A DNA stretch of 64,000 nucleotides from Squalus acanthias (lineage: Eukaryota): contig CM059432.1 of assembly GCA_030390025.1 (NCBI GenBank), positions 112,470,001-112,534,000 on the forward strand, read 5' to 3'. Both the position numbers and the translations under genes were made by a program. The notes beneath the pieces were generated by a model. It ran no database searches, was not told the origin of the DNA, and saw only the letters and a program-made list of their open reading frames with translations. The stretch's first letter is position 1. The number at the start of each line of letters is the position of its first letter. This document shows positions 51,550 to 63,731 of the stretch, one piece after another.

Positions 51550-51943
51550 TTAAAATCAATTTTAAAATTCTCATCCTTGTTTTCAAATCCCTCCATGGCC
51601 TCGCCCCTCCCTATCTCTGCAACCTTCTCCAGCCCCACAACCCCCCGAGTTATCTGCGCTCCTCTAATTCTGGCCTCTTGAACATCCCCGATTTTAATTG
51701 CTCCACCATTGGTGGGCGTGCCTTCAGCTGCCAAGGCCTTAAGCTCTGGAATTCCCTCCCTAAACCACTCCGCCTCTCTACCACTCTCTCCTCCTGTAAG
51801 ACGCTCCTTAAATCCTACCGCTTCATCTTCCCTAATATCTCCTTATGTGGCTCGGTGTCACTTTTTTTTATAACACTCCTGTGAAATGCCCTGGGACGTT
51901 TTATTACGTTAAAGGCGCTATATAAATACAAGTTGTTGTTGTA
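51550..51943 (+). mobile_element. L2 LINE 3' end
   Basis: FKILILVFKSLHGLAPPYL...GGRAFSCQGLKLWNSLP; tail GGCGCTATATAAATACAAG(TTG)n. Confidence 0.88.
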
Positions 51944-52399
51944 TCAATCTAAAATGGGCTCAGAACACCAGCAGTAAAGTTTTGCATCCTACTGTAGAAT
52001 TCTCTCCCAGACAATAAATCATCATCTAAAATCCTGTTACTGTATGTAGAAGTTTAAATTCAGAGTTAACTACTAGTTGAACGAGGGTTCTTGAAACAAG
52101 CAGTGGTCTACAGGAGATGTGTAACTTTCCCATTGGTACCTCAAAAGAGATTTTGCAAATCTTTCTGTGTTTAGCACCCACATGGGTCAGTTTTGTGAAA
52201 TATTTGTAGTATTCAGCTGAATGGACTTCATTATACAACCTAATAAAAAAATGCAATAAGGCTGAACTGGATCCAAACTCATGTCCGAGAGATGAAAGGA
52301 CTGTTAGCTGGAGGTTTTCCACCCAGCAAACTTTCTAATACTGAGGCAGCTCTCCTTTACTCATAATTACTTTTCGAAAAGTGACTTTTTTTACTCTTG

Positions 52400-52888
52400 C
52401 CCATTTTTCTCTCCAATTTCCCCCCATTGTTTCTTGACGGTGTAGACCCATTATGCGATATGGGTACTCGAAGCCCTCTGGAACCTCAGCCAAGTGGCCA
52501 TTCTTCAAGTGTGAGCCTCAACAGTAAATAGAGTATTTTTTCCAATTTTGTGCTCCTGGATAGAAGCCTCTCCAACCAGTAGCGCTTATTGAAAATTCGG
52601 GTACACGCTGCACATGATTTTCTGACCATTTAAATTAATGCAGAGCACCCAATTGCGGTGACGGTGGGAAAGGCCCCCTGCAGGAGCGTTAATTTGAAAA
52701 ACTACCCTTTAAATGCCAGCAGGCTATTCAACTGGAAGTTATAGTGGCTGAGCCCAAATCTGTTCTTACCTAATATTCACACTTTTCAGCAGGGTAAGTG
52801 ATTAAGAGCAGGAACTCTGGATGGTATTCCCTCCTTTATCTTGGAGATTCTGAGGCCAATTATAGCACCCCGATATTGCCTTAGCCGC
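52400..52888 (-). mobile_element. Deu-domain SINE (SacSINE1/AmnSINE1-like); its head is displaced to 55620-55700 by a LINE insertion
   Basis: Minus strand GGCTCACACTTGAAGAATGGCCACTTGG and GAATAGCCTGCTG match my recollection of the Deu core. A tRNA-like head lies beyond the LINE. A short insert sits at ~52530-52710. Confidence 0.55.
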
Positions 52889-53932
52889 AATTTTTTTATT
52901 CGTTCCAGGATGTGGGCATTGCTGGCAAGGCCAGTATTTATTGCCCATCCCTAATTGCCCTTGAGAAGGTGGTGGTGAGCCGCCTTCTTGAACCGCTGCA
53001 GTCCGTGTGATGAATGTACTCCCACAGTGCTGCTAGGTAGGGAGTTCCAGGATTTTGACCCAGCGACAATGAAGGAACGGCGATATATTTCCAAGTCAGG
53101 ATGGTGTGTGACTTGGAAGGTTCAAGGTGATGGTGTTCCCATGCACCTGCTGCCCTTGTCCTTCTAGGTGATAGAGGTCACAGGTTTGGGCGGTGCTGTC
53201 AAAGAAATCTTGGAGAGTTGCTGCAGTGCATCTTGTAGATGATGCACACTGCAGCCATGGTGCGCCAGTGGTGGAGGGAGTGAATGTTTAAGGTGGTGGA
53301 TGGGGTGCCAATCAAGCGGGCTGCTTTGTCCTGGATGGTGTCGAGCTTCTTGAGTGTTATTGAAGCTGCACTCATCCAGGCAAGTGGAGTGCATCCATCA
53401 CACTCCTGACTTGTGCCTTGTAGATGATGGAAAGGCTTTGGGGAGTCAGAAGGTGAGACACTCATCACAGAATAACCAACCTTCTCTTGTAGCCACAGTA
53501 TTTATGTAGTTGGTCCAGTTAAGTTTCTGGTCAATGGTGACCCCCAGGATGTTGATGGTGGGGAATTCGGTGATGGTAATGTCACTGACTGTGAAGGGGC
53601 GGTAGTTAAACTCTCGCTTGTTGGAGATAGTCATTGCCTGGCACTTCTGTGGCGTGAATGTTACTTTCCACTTATCAGCCCAAGCCTGATTGTTGTCCAG
53701 GTCTTGCTGCATACAGGCATGGACTGCTTCATTATCTGGGGAGTTGCGAATAGAATTGAACACTGTGCAATCATCAGCAAACATCCCCACTTCTGACCTT
53801 ATGATGAAGGGAAGGTCATTGATGAAGCAGCTGAAGATGGTTGGGCCTAGGACAATGCCCTGAGGAACTCCTGCAGTGATGTCTTGGGGCTGAGATCATT
53901 GGCCTCCAACAACCACAACCATCTTCCTTTGT

Positions 53933-54137
53933 CATGATGCGGAGATGCCGGTGTTGGACTGGGGTGGACAAAAATGAGAAGTCGCACAACACCAGGTTAT
54001 AGTCCAACAGATTTATTTAAAATTACAAGCTTTCGGAGCTGTTGCCCCTTTACCTGACGAAGGGGCAACAGCTCCGAAAGCTTGTAATTTTAAATAAATC
54101 TGTTGGACTATAACCTGGTGTTGTGCGACTTCTCATT
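53933..54137. mobile_element. Penelope-derived palindromic insertion with a 12-bp TSD
   Basis: Perfect 78-bp inverted arms 53973-54050 and 54060-54137. TSD ATCTT(C/A)CTTTGT at 53921-32 and 54138-49. Absent from the paralogous LINE copy at ~58425. Confidence 0.88.
54054..54086 (+). ncRNA. Minimal hammerhead ribozyme core (Penelope-type)
   Basis: CTGACGA, A, stem GGGGC/AACA/GCTCC, GAAA, then palindromic AAGCTT followed by GTA. Confidence 0.65.
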
Positions 54138-56879
54138 ATCTTACTTTGTGCTAGGTATGACTCCAGCCAGTGGAGAGTTTTCCCCCCGATTCCCATTGAC
54201 TTCAATTTTACTAGAGCTCCTTGATGCCACACTCGGTCAAATGCTACCTTGATGTCAAGGGCAGTCACTCTTGCCTCACCTCTGGAATTCAGCTCCTTTG
54301 TCCATGTTTGGACCAAGGCTGTAATGAAGTCTGGAGCCTAGTGGTCCTGGCGGAATCCAAACTGGGCATCAATGAGCAGGTTATTGGTGAGTAAGTGCCG
54401 CTTGATAGCACTGTCAGCGACACCCTCCATCACTTTGCTGATGATTGAGAGTAGACTGATGGGGCGGTAATTGGCCGGATTGGATTTGTCCTGGTTTTTG
54501 TGGACGGGATCTGGGCAGTTTTCCACATTGTCGGATAGATGCCAGTGTTGTAGCTGTACTGGAACAGCTTGGCTAGAGGCGTGGCTAGTTCTGGAGCACA
54601 AGTATTCAGTACAACAGCCGGGATGTTGTTGGGGCTCACAGCTTTGCTGTATCCAGTGCGCTCAGTCATTTCTTCATATCACGTGGAGTGAATTGAATTG
54701 GCTGAGACTGGCTTCTGTGATGGTGGGGACCTCAGGAGGAGGCTGAGATGGATCATCCACTTGGCACTTCTGGCTGAAGGTGGTTGCAAACACTTCAGAC
54801 TTGTCTTTTGCACTCATGTGCTGGGCTCCACCATCATTGAGGATAGGGATGTTCATGCAACCTCCTCCTCCACTTAGTTGTTTAATTGTCCACCACCATT
54901 CATGACTGGATGTGGCAGGATTGCAGAGCTTTGATCTGATCCATTGGTTGTGGGATCGCTTAGCTCTGTCTATAGCATGCTTGTTCCGCTGTTTAGCATG
55001 TATGTAGTCCTGTGTTGCAGCTTCCCCAGGTTGGCACCTCATTTTTAGGTACGCCTGTTGCTGCTCCTGGCATGCTCTTCTACACTCCTTATTGAACCAG
55101 GGTTGGTGCCCTGGCTTGATGGTAACGGTAGAGTGAGCGATATGCTGGGCCATGAGTTTACAGATTGTGGTGGAATTCAATGCTGCTGCTGCTGGTGGCC
55201 CACAGCCTCATGGATGCCCAGTTTTGAGCTGCTAGGTCTGTTCTGAATCTATCCCATTTAGCACGGTGGTAGTGCCACACAACACGATGGAAGGTGTCCT
55301 CAGTGTGAAGATGGGCCTTCGTCTCCACAAGGACTGTGCGCTGGTCACTGCTACCAATGCTGTCCTGGACAGATGCATCTGCGACAGTTACATTGGTGAG
55401 GACGACGTCAAGTAGGCTTTTCCCACCTGGCACAAGCCCAGTCTGGCAGTGTTGTCCTTCAGGACTCGTCCAGCTCGGTCAGTAGTGGTGCTACCGAGCC
55501 ACTCTTGGTGATGGACATTGAAGTCCCCCACCCAGAGTATATTCTGTGCCCTTGCTATCCTCAGTGCTTTTTCCAAGTGGTGTTCACCATGGAGGAGTAC
55601 TGATTCATCAGCTGAGGGAGAGAAAACCATGGATTGAACCTGTGTGACCTAGCAGCACACTAGGCAGTGTATTAACCCACCAAGGCATCAGGGACCTCCA
55701 GCTACTTTTATGCTGTAAGATAAATGTTATATTCTAAGCAATTGAAAATAAAAGAAGATATTAAATTGGCTAAAATTGGGCAACAAAGTATTTGTAAGTG
55801 TTAAAGAAGTTGAGACTCTTAAGCTGTATGCTGTGGGTTTCAGTCTTTCAGACTCTGGCTGCCCTGTATCATACATGTACAGACAATAATGTACTTTGTG
55901 AAAAATAGAGCTGTTTGTATTGCTTCAGATAATTTTTAAAGCTTTTTGAGAATAACTTTGTCTTCCAGCATCTGCAATATTTTGCATTTGTTTAAATAGG
56001 GGTATAAAGTTAATGATAACCTCACATAATATGGATAAACTTGTGCTATCAAGTATATGTGGAATATGAAATGTATCCCTATATACATATTCATATAAAA
56101 GAACATTAGAATGAGGACTGTGTGTGCATGTGTAGAACCCAAAGGACATTATTCATTACAAACCAGCTGTGAGATCTCTCTGTACCCTGGAGATGTTGAG
56201 GGGCAAGCATCCTCCGAAGAATTGCTACGCATCCTATTATTATCTCTGACAGATTCTGAGCAGTACTTATGTGCCCCATTCCTTTGCACTCCTACACACA
56301 CAAATACACTGTAAACATAAAAACAAGTTTCCTGGCTTGGGCAAGGAGGGGGAAGGATTCGGGTGTGATGGAGTGTGGGTGCATAGATTTGAAAAACTTC
56401 ATGCTGAAGTTCTCAAGACATGCAATCAACACACCAGTAGGTTATAACTCTGTCACGATCTCATCCCCTTCTCCAACAATTACTCTGTAACCTATGATCC
56501 ATATATTGACTGAGTGTCCAGGCCAGGCCCCAAAGCCAGCATTTAGGACAGTGGCTCTATCATTAGCTGCTCTTTTTATGGGGCTGGATTTGACAAATTT
56601 AAAATGGAAAGATTTCAAAGCCCTTCTTTCCCACCCAATGCTAGTCCTGCTTATGCATAGCACTTGGGTGCCACCAAAATCAGGGAAAATGAATTAATTA
56701 AAAATCAAAATAGTCTTGTTGTTTCTCTTCCTTCCTTGTCCCCAGAGCCATTGCTATCTCCTTTGCCAGGACCCTCACAGCTGTTGGTTTCTCCCAAATG
56801 ACCTTCCCAAGCCAAGTTCCCTGCAGCTGTTTGTGCTCACCCAAGCTAGGACCTCCTCCCCATGAACATTTTTTTGTCA

Positions 56880-57345
56880 CCACTATCCTCTCTTGAAATC
56901 TGGGGAATGGGTCTAAAAGCAGTTCAGGCCCTCCAATGCCTCAGCAGTCATATGTGAGCCCTGAGAATGTGTATCAATAGGCTAGTCATGTATGGAGGCT
57001 TGCTTAATACGCCTCACCTTGCATCCACACAATTACACTTTCCCCATAGAGGTCATCAAACAGTAATCAGGAGTGGCAATCCTGGATGATTTTCCCATGG
57101 TCACTAGAGCTAATTATATACCCAAACATTTGCCCTAACTAAGATCAGTAAACAGAGCACAGTCCAGGAGAGCAAAATTGGGCAGGATCAGGGTGTACAG
57201 GGCAGCCGATCCGATCTGATCCTGTCCGTTTCCCACCCGACGGGTTCGGTTAAAATTACTCCAAGAATCAAACCAAGGACCTTTGGTTTGTATAAGCTGT
57301 ATTTATTTCTCATTCCAGCAATCTATATGTTTCTACTTAAGCTTT
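56880..57345 (-). mobile_element. Second degenerate Deu-type SINE
   Basis: Similar by eye to 52400-52888. B-box-like GGTTTGATTC on the minus strand at ~57265-57275. Confidence 0.4.
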
Positions 57346-57397
57346 ACACAATTCTAAATATACTGGTCCAAAATAAAAAATTCAACACCTCTCATCT

Positions 57398-60300
57398 TTT
57401 TTTTGTTCTTGGGATGTGGGCGTTGCTGGCAAGGCCAGCATTTATTGCCCATCCCTAATTGCCCTTGAGAAAGTGGTGGTAAGCCGCCTTCTTGAACCAA
57501 TGTAGTCTGTGTGGTGAAGGTGCTGTTAGGGAGGGAGTTACAGGATTTTGACCCAGCAACGATGAAGGAATGGCGATATATTTCCAAGTCAGGATGGTTT
57601 GTAACTTGGAGGGGAACTTGCAGGTGATGGTGTTCCCATGCACCAGCTGCCCTTGTCCTTCTAGGTGGAAGAGGTCGCGGGTTTGGGAGGTGCTGCCGAA
57701 GAAGCCTTGGTGAGTTGCTGCAATGCATCTTGTAGATGGTACACACTGCTGCCACGGTGCGCCGGTGGTGGAGGGAGTGAATGTTTAAGGTGGTGGATGG
57801 GGTGCCAATCAAGCGGGCTGCTTTGTCCTGGATGGTGTCGAGCTTCTTGAGTGTTGTTGGAGCTGCACTCATTCAAGCAAGTGGAGCATATTCCATCACA
57901 CTCTTGACTTGTGCCTTGTAGATAGTGGAAAGGCTTTGGGGAGTCAGGAGGTGAGACACTCGCCGCAGAATACACAGCCTCTGACCTGCTCTTGTAGCCA
58001 CAGTATTTATGTGGCTGGTCCAGTTATGTTTCTGGTCAATGGTGACCCCCAGGATGTTGATGGTGGGGAATTCAGTGATGGTAATGTCATTGAATGTGAA
58101 GGGGCAGTGGTTAAACTCTCGCTTGTTGGAGATAGTCATTGCCTGGCACTTGTGTGGCGCGAATGTTACTTGCCACTTATCAGCCCAAGCCTGAATGTCA
58201 TCCAGGTCTTGCTGCATGCGGGCATGGACTGCTTCATTTTCTGAGGAGTTGCGAATGGAACAGAACGCTGTGCAATTATCAGTGAACATCCCCACTTCTG
58301 ACCTTATGATGGAGGGAAGGTCATTGATGAAGCAGCTGAAGATGGTTGGGCTTAGGACACTGCCCTGTGGAACTCCTGCAGCGATGTCCTGGGGCTGAAA
58401 TGATGGACCTCCAACAACCACAACCATCTTCTTTTTGCTAGGTATGACTCCAACCAATGGAAAATTTTCCCTCTGATTCCCATTGACTTCAGTTTTATTA
58501 GGTCTACTTGGTGCCACACTCGGTCAAATGCTGCCTTGATGTCAAGGGCTGTCACTCTCACCTCACCTCTGAAATTCAGCTCTTTTGTCCATGTTTGGAC
58601 CAAGGCTGTATTGAGGTCTGGAGCCAAGTGGTCTAGGCGGAACCCAAACTGAGCATTGGTGAGTAGGTGCCCCTTGATAGCACTGTCGACGACACCTTCC
58701 ATCACTTTGCTGATAATTGAGAGTAGACTGATGGGACGCTAATTGGCTGGATTGGATTTGTCCTGCTTTCTGTGGACAGGACATACTTGGGCTGTTTTCT
58801 ACATTGTCGGATAGATGCCAGTGTTGTAGCAGCACTGGAATAGCTTGGCTAGAGGCGCAGCTAGTTCTGGAGCACATGTCTTCAGCACGACAGCCGGGAT
58901 GTTGTTGGGACCATAGGGCTGGATTTTCATTGACCCATGGAGGCGGGTTTGGAGGCGTGTGGGGGGTTAAAATTGCGAAAACTGGCGGGCTGGCACAAGC
59001 CCGCCTCCATCCCGTCTCCACGCAATTTTCATTAAATCGTGTCTGCTGGTCCCGACTCCGTCCCGCCTCCAAGAGGCGGGATAGGCTGTTGAGGCCCTTA
59101 ACAAGCACTAAATTGCCTCTATAATGCCATTTTGAAAGGCCTTTGTGATTTTAACCCTTTTTCTACGTGACGCACGCCTGTTCTGAACCACGAATGTGAA
59201 ACCTGGCGGGAGCACATTTGGATAGCTGACGCTGGCTGGCTGGCTGGCTGGCCGGCCGGTCGATCGATCAATTGATCGATCGATCTGGGAGTGGTGGTGA
59301 ATGGGAGACATATCTGGGAGTGGTGGTGCAAAAAATATCTGGGAGCAGACTTAGGGCTGCTGCTGCTCATTTTGCATCCAGGTCCTCTCACAGCGAAGGC
59401 CAGGCAGTCTTTGCAGACCTTCAATGCAGCAGCAATGATGACATCATCAGAGGCGACTTTCAGACTGAAAACACTAATTGGTTCATGGGTTCCCACATGC
59501 TGGAACTCAATTGCCCAATTAGGTGAAAATCGCATCAATCTCCCACATCCAATTGCAGTCAAGTGGATAACACGACCCCAACCCGCCCCAGTATCAAAAT
59601 CCAGCCCATAGCCTTTGCTGTATCCAGTGCGCTCAGCCTTTTCTTGATATCATGTGGAGTGAATTGAATTGGCTGAAGACTCTCCTCTGTGATGGTCGAG
59701 ACCTCAGGAGGCCGATATGGATCATCCACTCGGCACTTCTGGCTGAAGATGATTGCAAACGCTTCAGCCTTGTCTTTTGCACTCACATGCTGGGCTCCAC
59801 CATCATTGTGGATGGGGAGATTCATGGAGCCTCCTCCTCCCGTTTAATGGTCCACCACCATTCACGACTAGATGTGGCATACTGCAGAACTTTTATCTGA
59901 TCCGTTGATTGTGGGATCGCTTAGCTCTGTCTATAGCATGCTGTTTCCACTGTTTAGCATGCATGTAGTCCTGTGTTGCAGCTTCCCCATGTTGGCACCT
60001 CATTTTTTGGTTCGCCTGGTGCTGCTCCTGGCATGCTCTTCTACACTCATTGTTGAACCAGGGTTGGTCCCCTGGCTTGATGGTAATGGTAGAGTGAGGG
60101 ATATGCCGGTCCATGAAGTTACAGATTGTGGTGAAATACAATTCTGCTGCTGCCGATGGCTCACAGCGCCTCATGGGTGCCCAGTTTTGAGCTGCTAGAT
60201 CTGTTCTGAATCTATCCCATTTAGCACGGTGGTAGTGCCACACAACACGATGGAGGGTGTCCTCAGTGTGAAGATGGGACTTTGTCTCCACAATGTCTGT

Positions 60301-60728
60301 GTGGTGGTCACTGCTGTCAGGGTGAGGACGAGGTCAAGTAGGTTTTTCCCTCGTGTTGGTTCTCTCACCACCAGCCGTAGGCCCAGTCTCGCAGCTATAT
60401 CCTTCAGGACTCGGTCAGTAGTGGTGCTACCAAGCCACTCTTGGTGATGGACATTGAAGTCCCCCACCCAGAGTACATCCTGTGTCCTTGCTACTCTCAG
60501 TGCTTCTTCCAAGTGGTGTTCAACATGGAGGACTACTGATCCATCAGCTGAGGGAGGGCGGTTGGTGATAATCAGCAGGAGGTTACCTTGCCCATGTTTG
60601 ACCTGAAGACATAAGACTTCATGGGGTCCGGAGTTAATGTTGAGGACTCCCAGGGCCACTCCCTCCCGAATGTGTACTACTGTGCCATCACCTCTGGTGG
60701 GTCTGTATTGCCGGTGGGAGAGGACAGG
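57398..60728 (-). mobile_element. LINE family B copy (APE plus RT) interrupted by a MITE
   Basis: ORFs 60195, 59893, 59559, 58352, 57873 and 57354 are colinear with the 52890 copy. Confidence 0.92.
58916..59607. mobile_element. Harbinger MITE, 692 bp, ATA TSD, derivative of the element at 1-1462
   Basis: Perfect 12-bp TIR GGGCTGGATTTT. ATA at 58913-15 and 59608-10. The LINE sequence is continuous across it. Confidence 0.92.
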
Positions 60729-60966
60729 ACCGGACCAGGTAAGGACAGCAGAGTTCCTTTCCTAAAGGGCATTAGTGAACCAGATGGGTTTTTACGACAA
60801 TCCGATAGTTTCATGGTCACCATTACTGATACTAGCTTTTTATTCCAGATTTATTTAATTAACTGAATTTAAATTCCCCAGCTGCCGTGGTGGAATTTGA
60901 ACTCACGTCTCTGGATTATTAGTCCAGGCCTCTGGATTACTAGTCCAGTAACATAACCACTATTGC
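60729..60966 (-). mobile_element. tRNA-derived SINE head
   Basis: Minus strand ATAGTGGTTATGTTACTGGACTAGTAATCCAGAG...GAGTTCAAATTCCACCACGGC has an A/B-box-like layout. Confidence 0.7.
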
Positions 60967-61124
60967 GTTATTCTGTCCCAGAGTAAGTGACTCCATGTGA
61001 CAAACCATGGTCGTGGCAGCAGAACATTCCACTCCCAGCAGTAAAACTTAGCAAGGTAGCAGAAACAACAACCTTGAATGGCAAAACAGAATGCTTAAGA
61101 TGTGGTATATAAACAAAACTACAG

Positions 61125-61688
61125 CACAGGAGCACAGTCTGGTGATTCACTGGCTCAGTTAATGAGATACAGCATGGGAGCCCAGTCTGTGGCACGGGGA
61201 CAGTCTGGGGGGCAGGAGCACAGTCTGTGGCACGGGGACAGTCTGGGGGGCAGGAGCACAGTCTGTGGCACGGGGACAGTCTGGGGGGCAGGAGCACAGT
61301 CTGTGGCACGGGGACAGTCTGGGGGGCAGGAGCACTATCTGGGGCACGGGAGCACAGTCTGGGGCACGGGAGCGCAGTCTGGGGCAAGGGAGCATAATCT
61401 GGGGCACAGTGGCACAGTCTGCGTCACGGAGGCACAGTCTGGGTCACGGAGGCACAGTCTGGGGCACTGGAGCGCAGCCTGGGGCACTGGAGCACAGTCT
61501 GGGTTATGGGGGCACAGTCTGGGGCACGGGGCACAGTCTGGGGCACTGGAGCGCAGTCTGGGGCACGGGAGTGCAGTCTGGGGCACGGGAGAACGGTCTG
61601 TGGCACAGTCTGGGGCACGGGAGCGCAGTCTGGGGCACGGGAGTGCAGTCTGGGGCACGGGAACACGGTCTGGGGCACAGGAGCACAG
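61125..61688 (+). repeat. Minisatellite with ~20-bp unit GGGGCACGGGAGCACAGTCT and a 38-bp higher-order unit x4 at 61189-61340
   Basis: Directly visible tandem array. Confidence 0.95.
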
Positions 61689-61689
61689 C

Positions 61690-61977
61690 TACACCTAATC
61701 CCTTTGGGTCTAACTTTTAGTGGGGAATTTAACAGCGCAATTACTGCGGATGAGTCGAAGTTTTCGTCGGTTTCAATGATTTGGTTGATTACACTGATTG
61801 CCGGCTCTGTGCAGGGGGATGCACAGCGCAGCCAGATTCGGAGCTGTCAATGACAGACCGCAGTTTCAGGATTTTCGCATGCGCTTGCGCTAAATCCTGA
61901 AGTTGCGGTCGGTTTCAAAGGTGGAATGATGGCGAACGCTGCCAGTTTGCCGTCATCTGGATGGCAAATTCCGGGCC
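61690..61977. mobile_element. Right arm of a Harbinger-type MITE
   Basis: Ends AAATTCCGGGCC. Hairpin GACCGC...AGGATTTT-GCATGCGC-AAATCCTG...GCGGTC, like ~14400-14460. Confidence 0.5.
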
Positions 61978-62039
61978 AATATGTTTGTGCTAGTCAGTAT
62001 TTAATGTCTTCTGATAAATTTCTATAATATATGAGAGAC

Positions 62040-62180
62040 AATCCCTCTATCTCTCTCTCTCTCTATCCCCCTCTCGCCTTTCATTCTCCCGCTTTTTTCT
62101 CTCTCATCTTTTACTCTTTCAATCTCCTTTTCCTTCTCTCTCCACTTATCTTTCTCACTCTCCTCCCTCTCTCGCCTCTT
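62040..62180. repeat. CT-rich low-complexity tract
   Basis: Direct inspection. Confidence 0.8.
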
Positions 62181-62867
62181 AAACAAAGAAAGAAAAAAGA
62201 GGACTGTTTGTATGAGTGAGTATAAGAGAGAAAACACACACGGTAATAGACTGATCTCAGACTTGGATCACGTCCAGTGCCTGTCTCAGCACATTTTAAT
62301 TCAGTTCTTTCTACTCGGGCCCACTGCTAGTATGGCTGTGTTACCAATGGAATGTTGTTGCTTAATGGAGAAGAAACCTGTGATAAGTACTTGATAATTC
62401 AAGGCTCACATGCATGGGCTGTGCAAAAACATGGAGCTGGAGCTGCAAGATCAATGACTGAGCAATCCTGAAATATGAATCTGACTAGAGGTCTCGTAGT
62501 AGTATGTGTAAAACCTTATCCTGCTCTGCAGCAAGTCCAACCTGACTTTGTAATCATGTTTAAAATATTACTTTTTCTTGTAGTAAAAGAATTTTCTTTA
62601 GTCAGCAAGCATGAAAAATAATCTCACAGCATTCAGGATTGTTATTTTATGTGCGTGAAATATCACTCAATGGTCAGCAGAATCCTGTGGTGTTCCAGAA
62701 TTCATTTGAAGTTGTGATTGAGATTATACTTTGAGGGCAACTATACTTCACTGTGTCAAAGACCAGTAGGATATAGGTATCCCACACATTGAGCTTGCTT
62801 CATCTACCAGGGGAGACACCAAGTGGAGGCACATGATTCGCCAAAGGGAGAGAAAGAAGATACATGG

Positions 62868-63730
62868 TCATAAGAACATAAGAATTAGGAGCAGGAGTAG
62901 GCCATAGGGCCCCTCGAGCCTGCTCCACCATTCAATAAGATCATGGCTGATCATCGACCTCAACTCCACTTTCCCGCCCGATCTCCATATCCCTTGATTC
63001 CCCTAGCGTCCAAAAATCTAACTATCTCGGCCTTGAATATAATCAAAGACTCAGCATTCACAGCCCTCTGGGGCAGAGAATTCCAAAGATTCACAACCCT
63101 CTGAGTGAAGAAATTCCTCCTCACTTCAGTCTTAAATGGCTGACCCCTTATCCTGAGACTATGCCCCCTAGTTCTAGACACTCCAGCCAGGGGAAACAAC
63201 CTCTCAGCATCTACCCTGTCAATCCCCTTCAGAATCTTGTATGTTTCAATGAAATCACCTCTCATTCTTCTAAACTCCAGAGAGTATAGGCCCATTCTAC
63301 ACAATCTCTCATCATAGGACAACTCTCTTATCCCAGGAATCAATCTAGTGAACCTTCGTTGCACCACCTCCAAGGCAAGTATATACTTCCTTAGATAAGG
63401 AGACCAAAACTCTGCACAGTACTCCAGGTGTGGTCTCACCAAGGCCCTGTACAATTGTAGCAAGACTTCCTTACTCTTATACTCCAACCCTCTTGCAATA
63501 AAGGCCAACATGCCATTTGCCTTCCTTATTTCTTGCTATACCTGCATGCTAGCTTTCTGTGTTTCTTGCTCGAGGACACCCAAATCTCTCTGAACACCAA
63601 CATTTGAAAGTTTCTCATTATTTAAAAAATATTCTGTTTTTCTATTCTTCCTACCAAAATGAATAACCTCACATTTCCCTACATTATACTCCATCTGCCA
63701 CCTTACTGCCCACTCACTTTGTCTATCTAT
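62868..63730 (-). mobile_element. CR1 3' fragment
   Basis: ORFs 62960-63511 and 63536-63739. Confidence 0.93.
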
Positions 63731-63731
63731 A

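Larger units (their letters stand above)
52890..55620 (-). mobile_element. LINE family B copy (APE plus RT), degenerate
   Basis: WVGDFNVHHQEWLGS; NPANYRPISLLSIISK; ALDIKVAFDRVWHQG; GMFADD. Confidence 0.92.

Noticed and set aside
60968..61853. Cys/Pro- or Gly-rich repetitive ORFs
   Set aside because: Translations of the 20-bp minisatellite.
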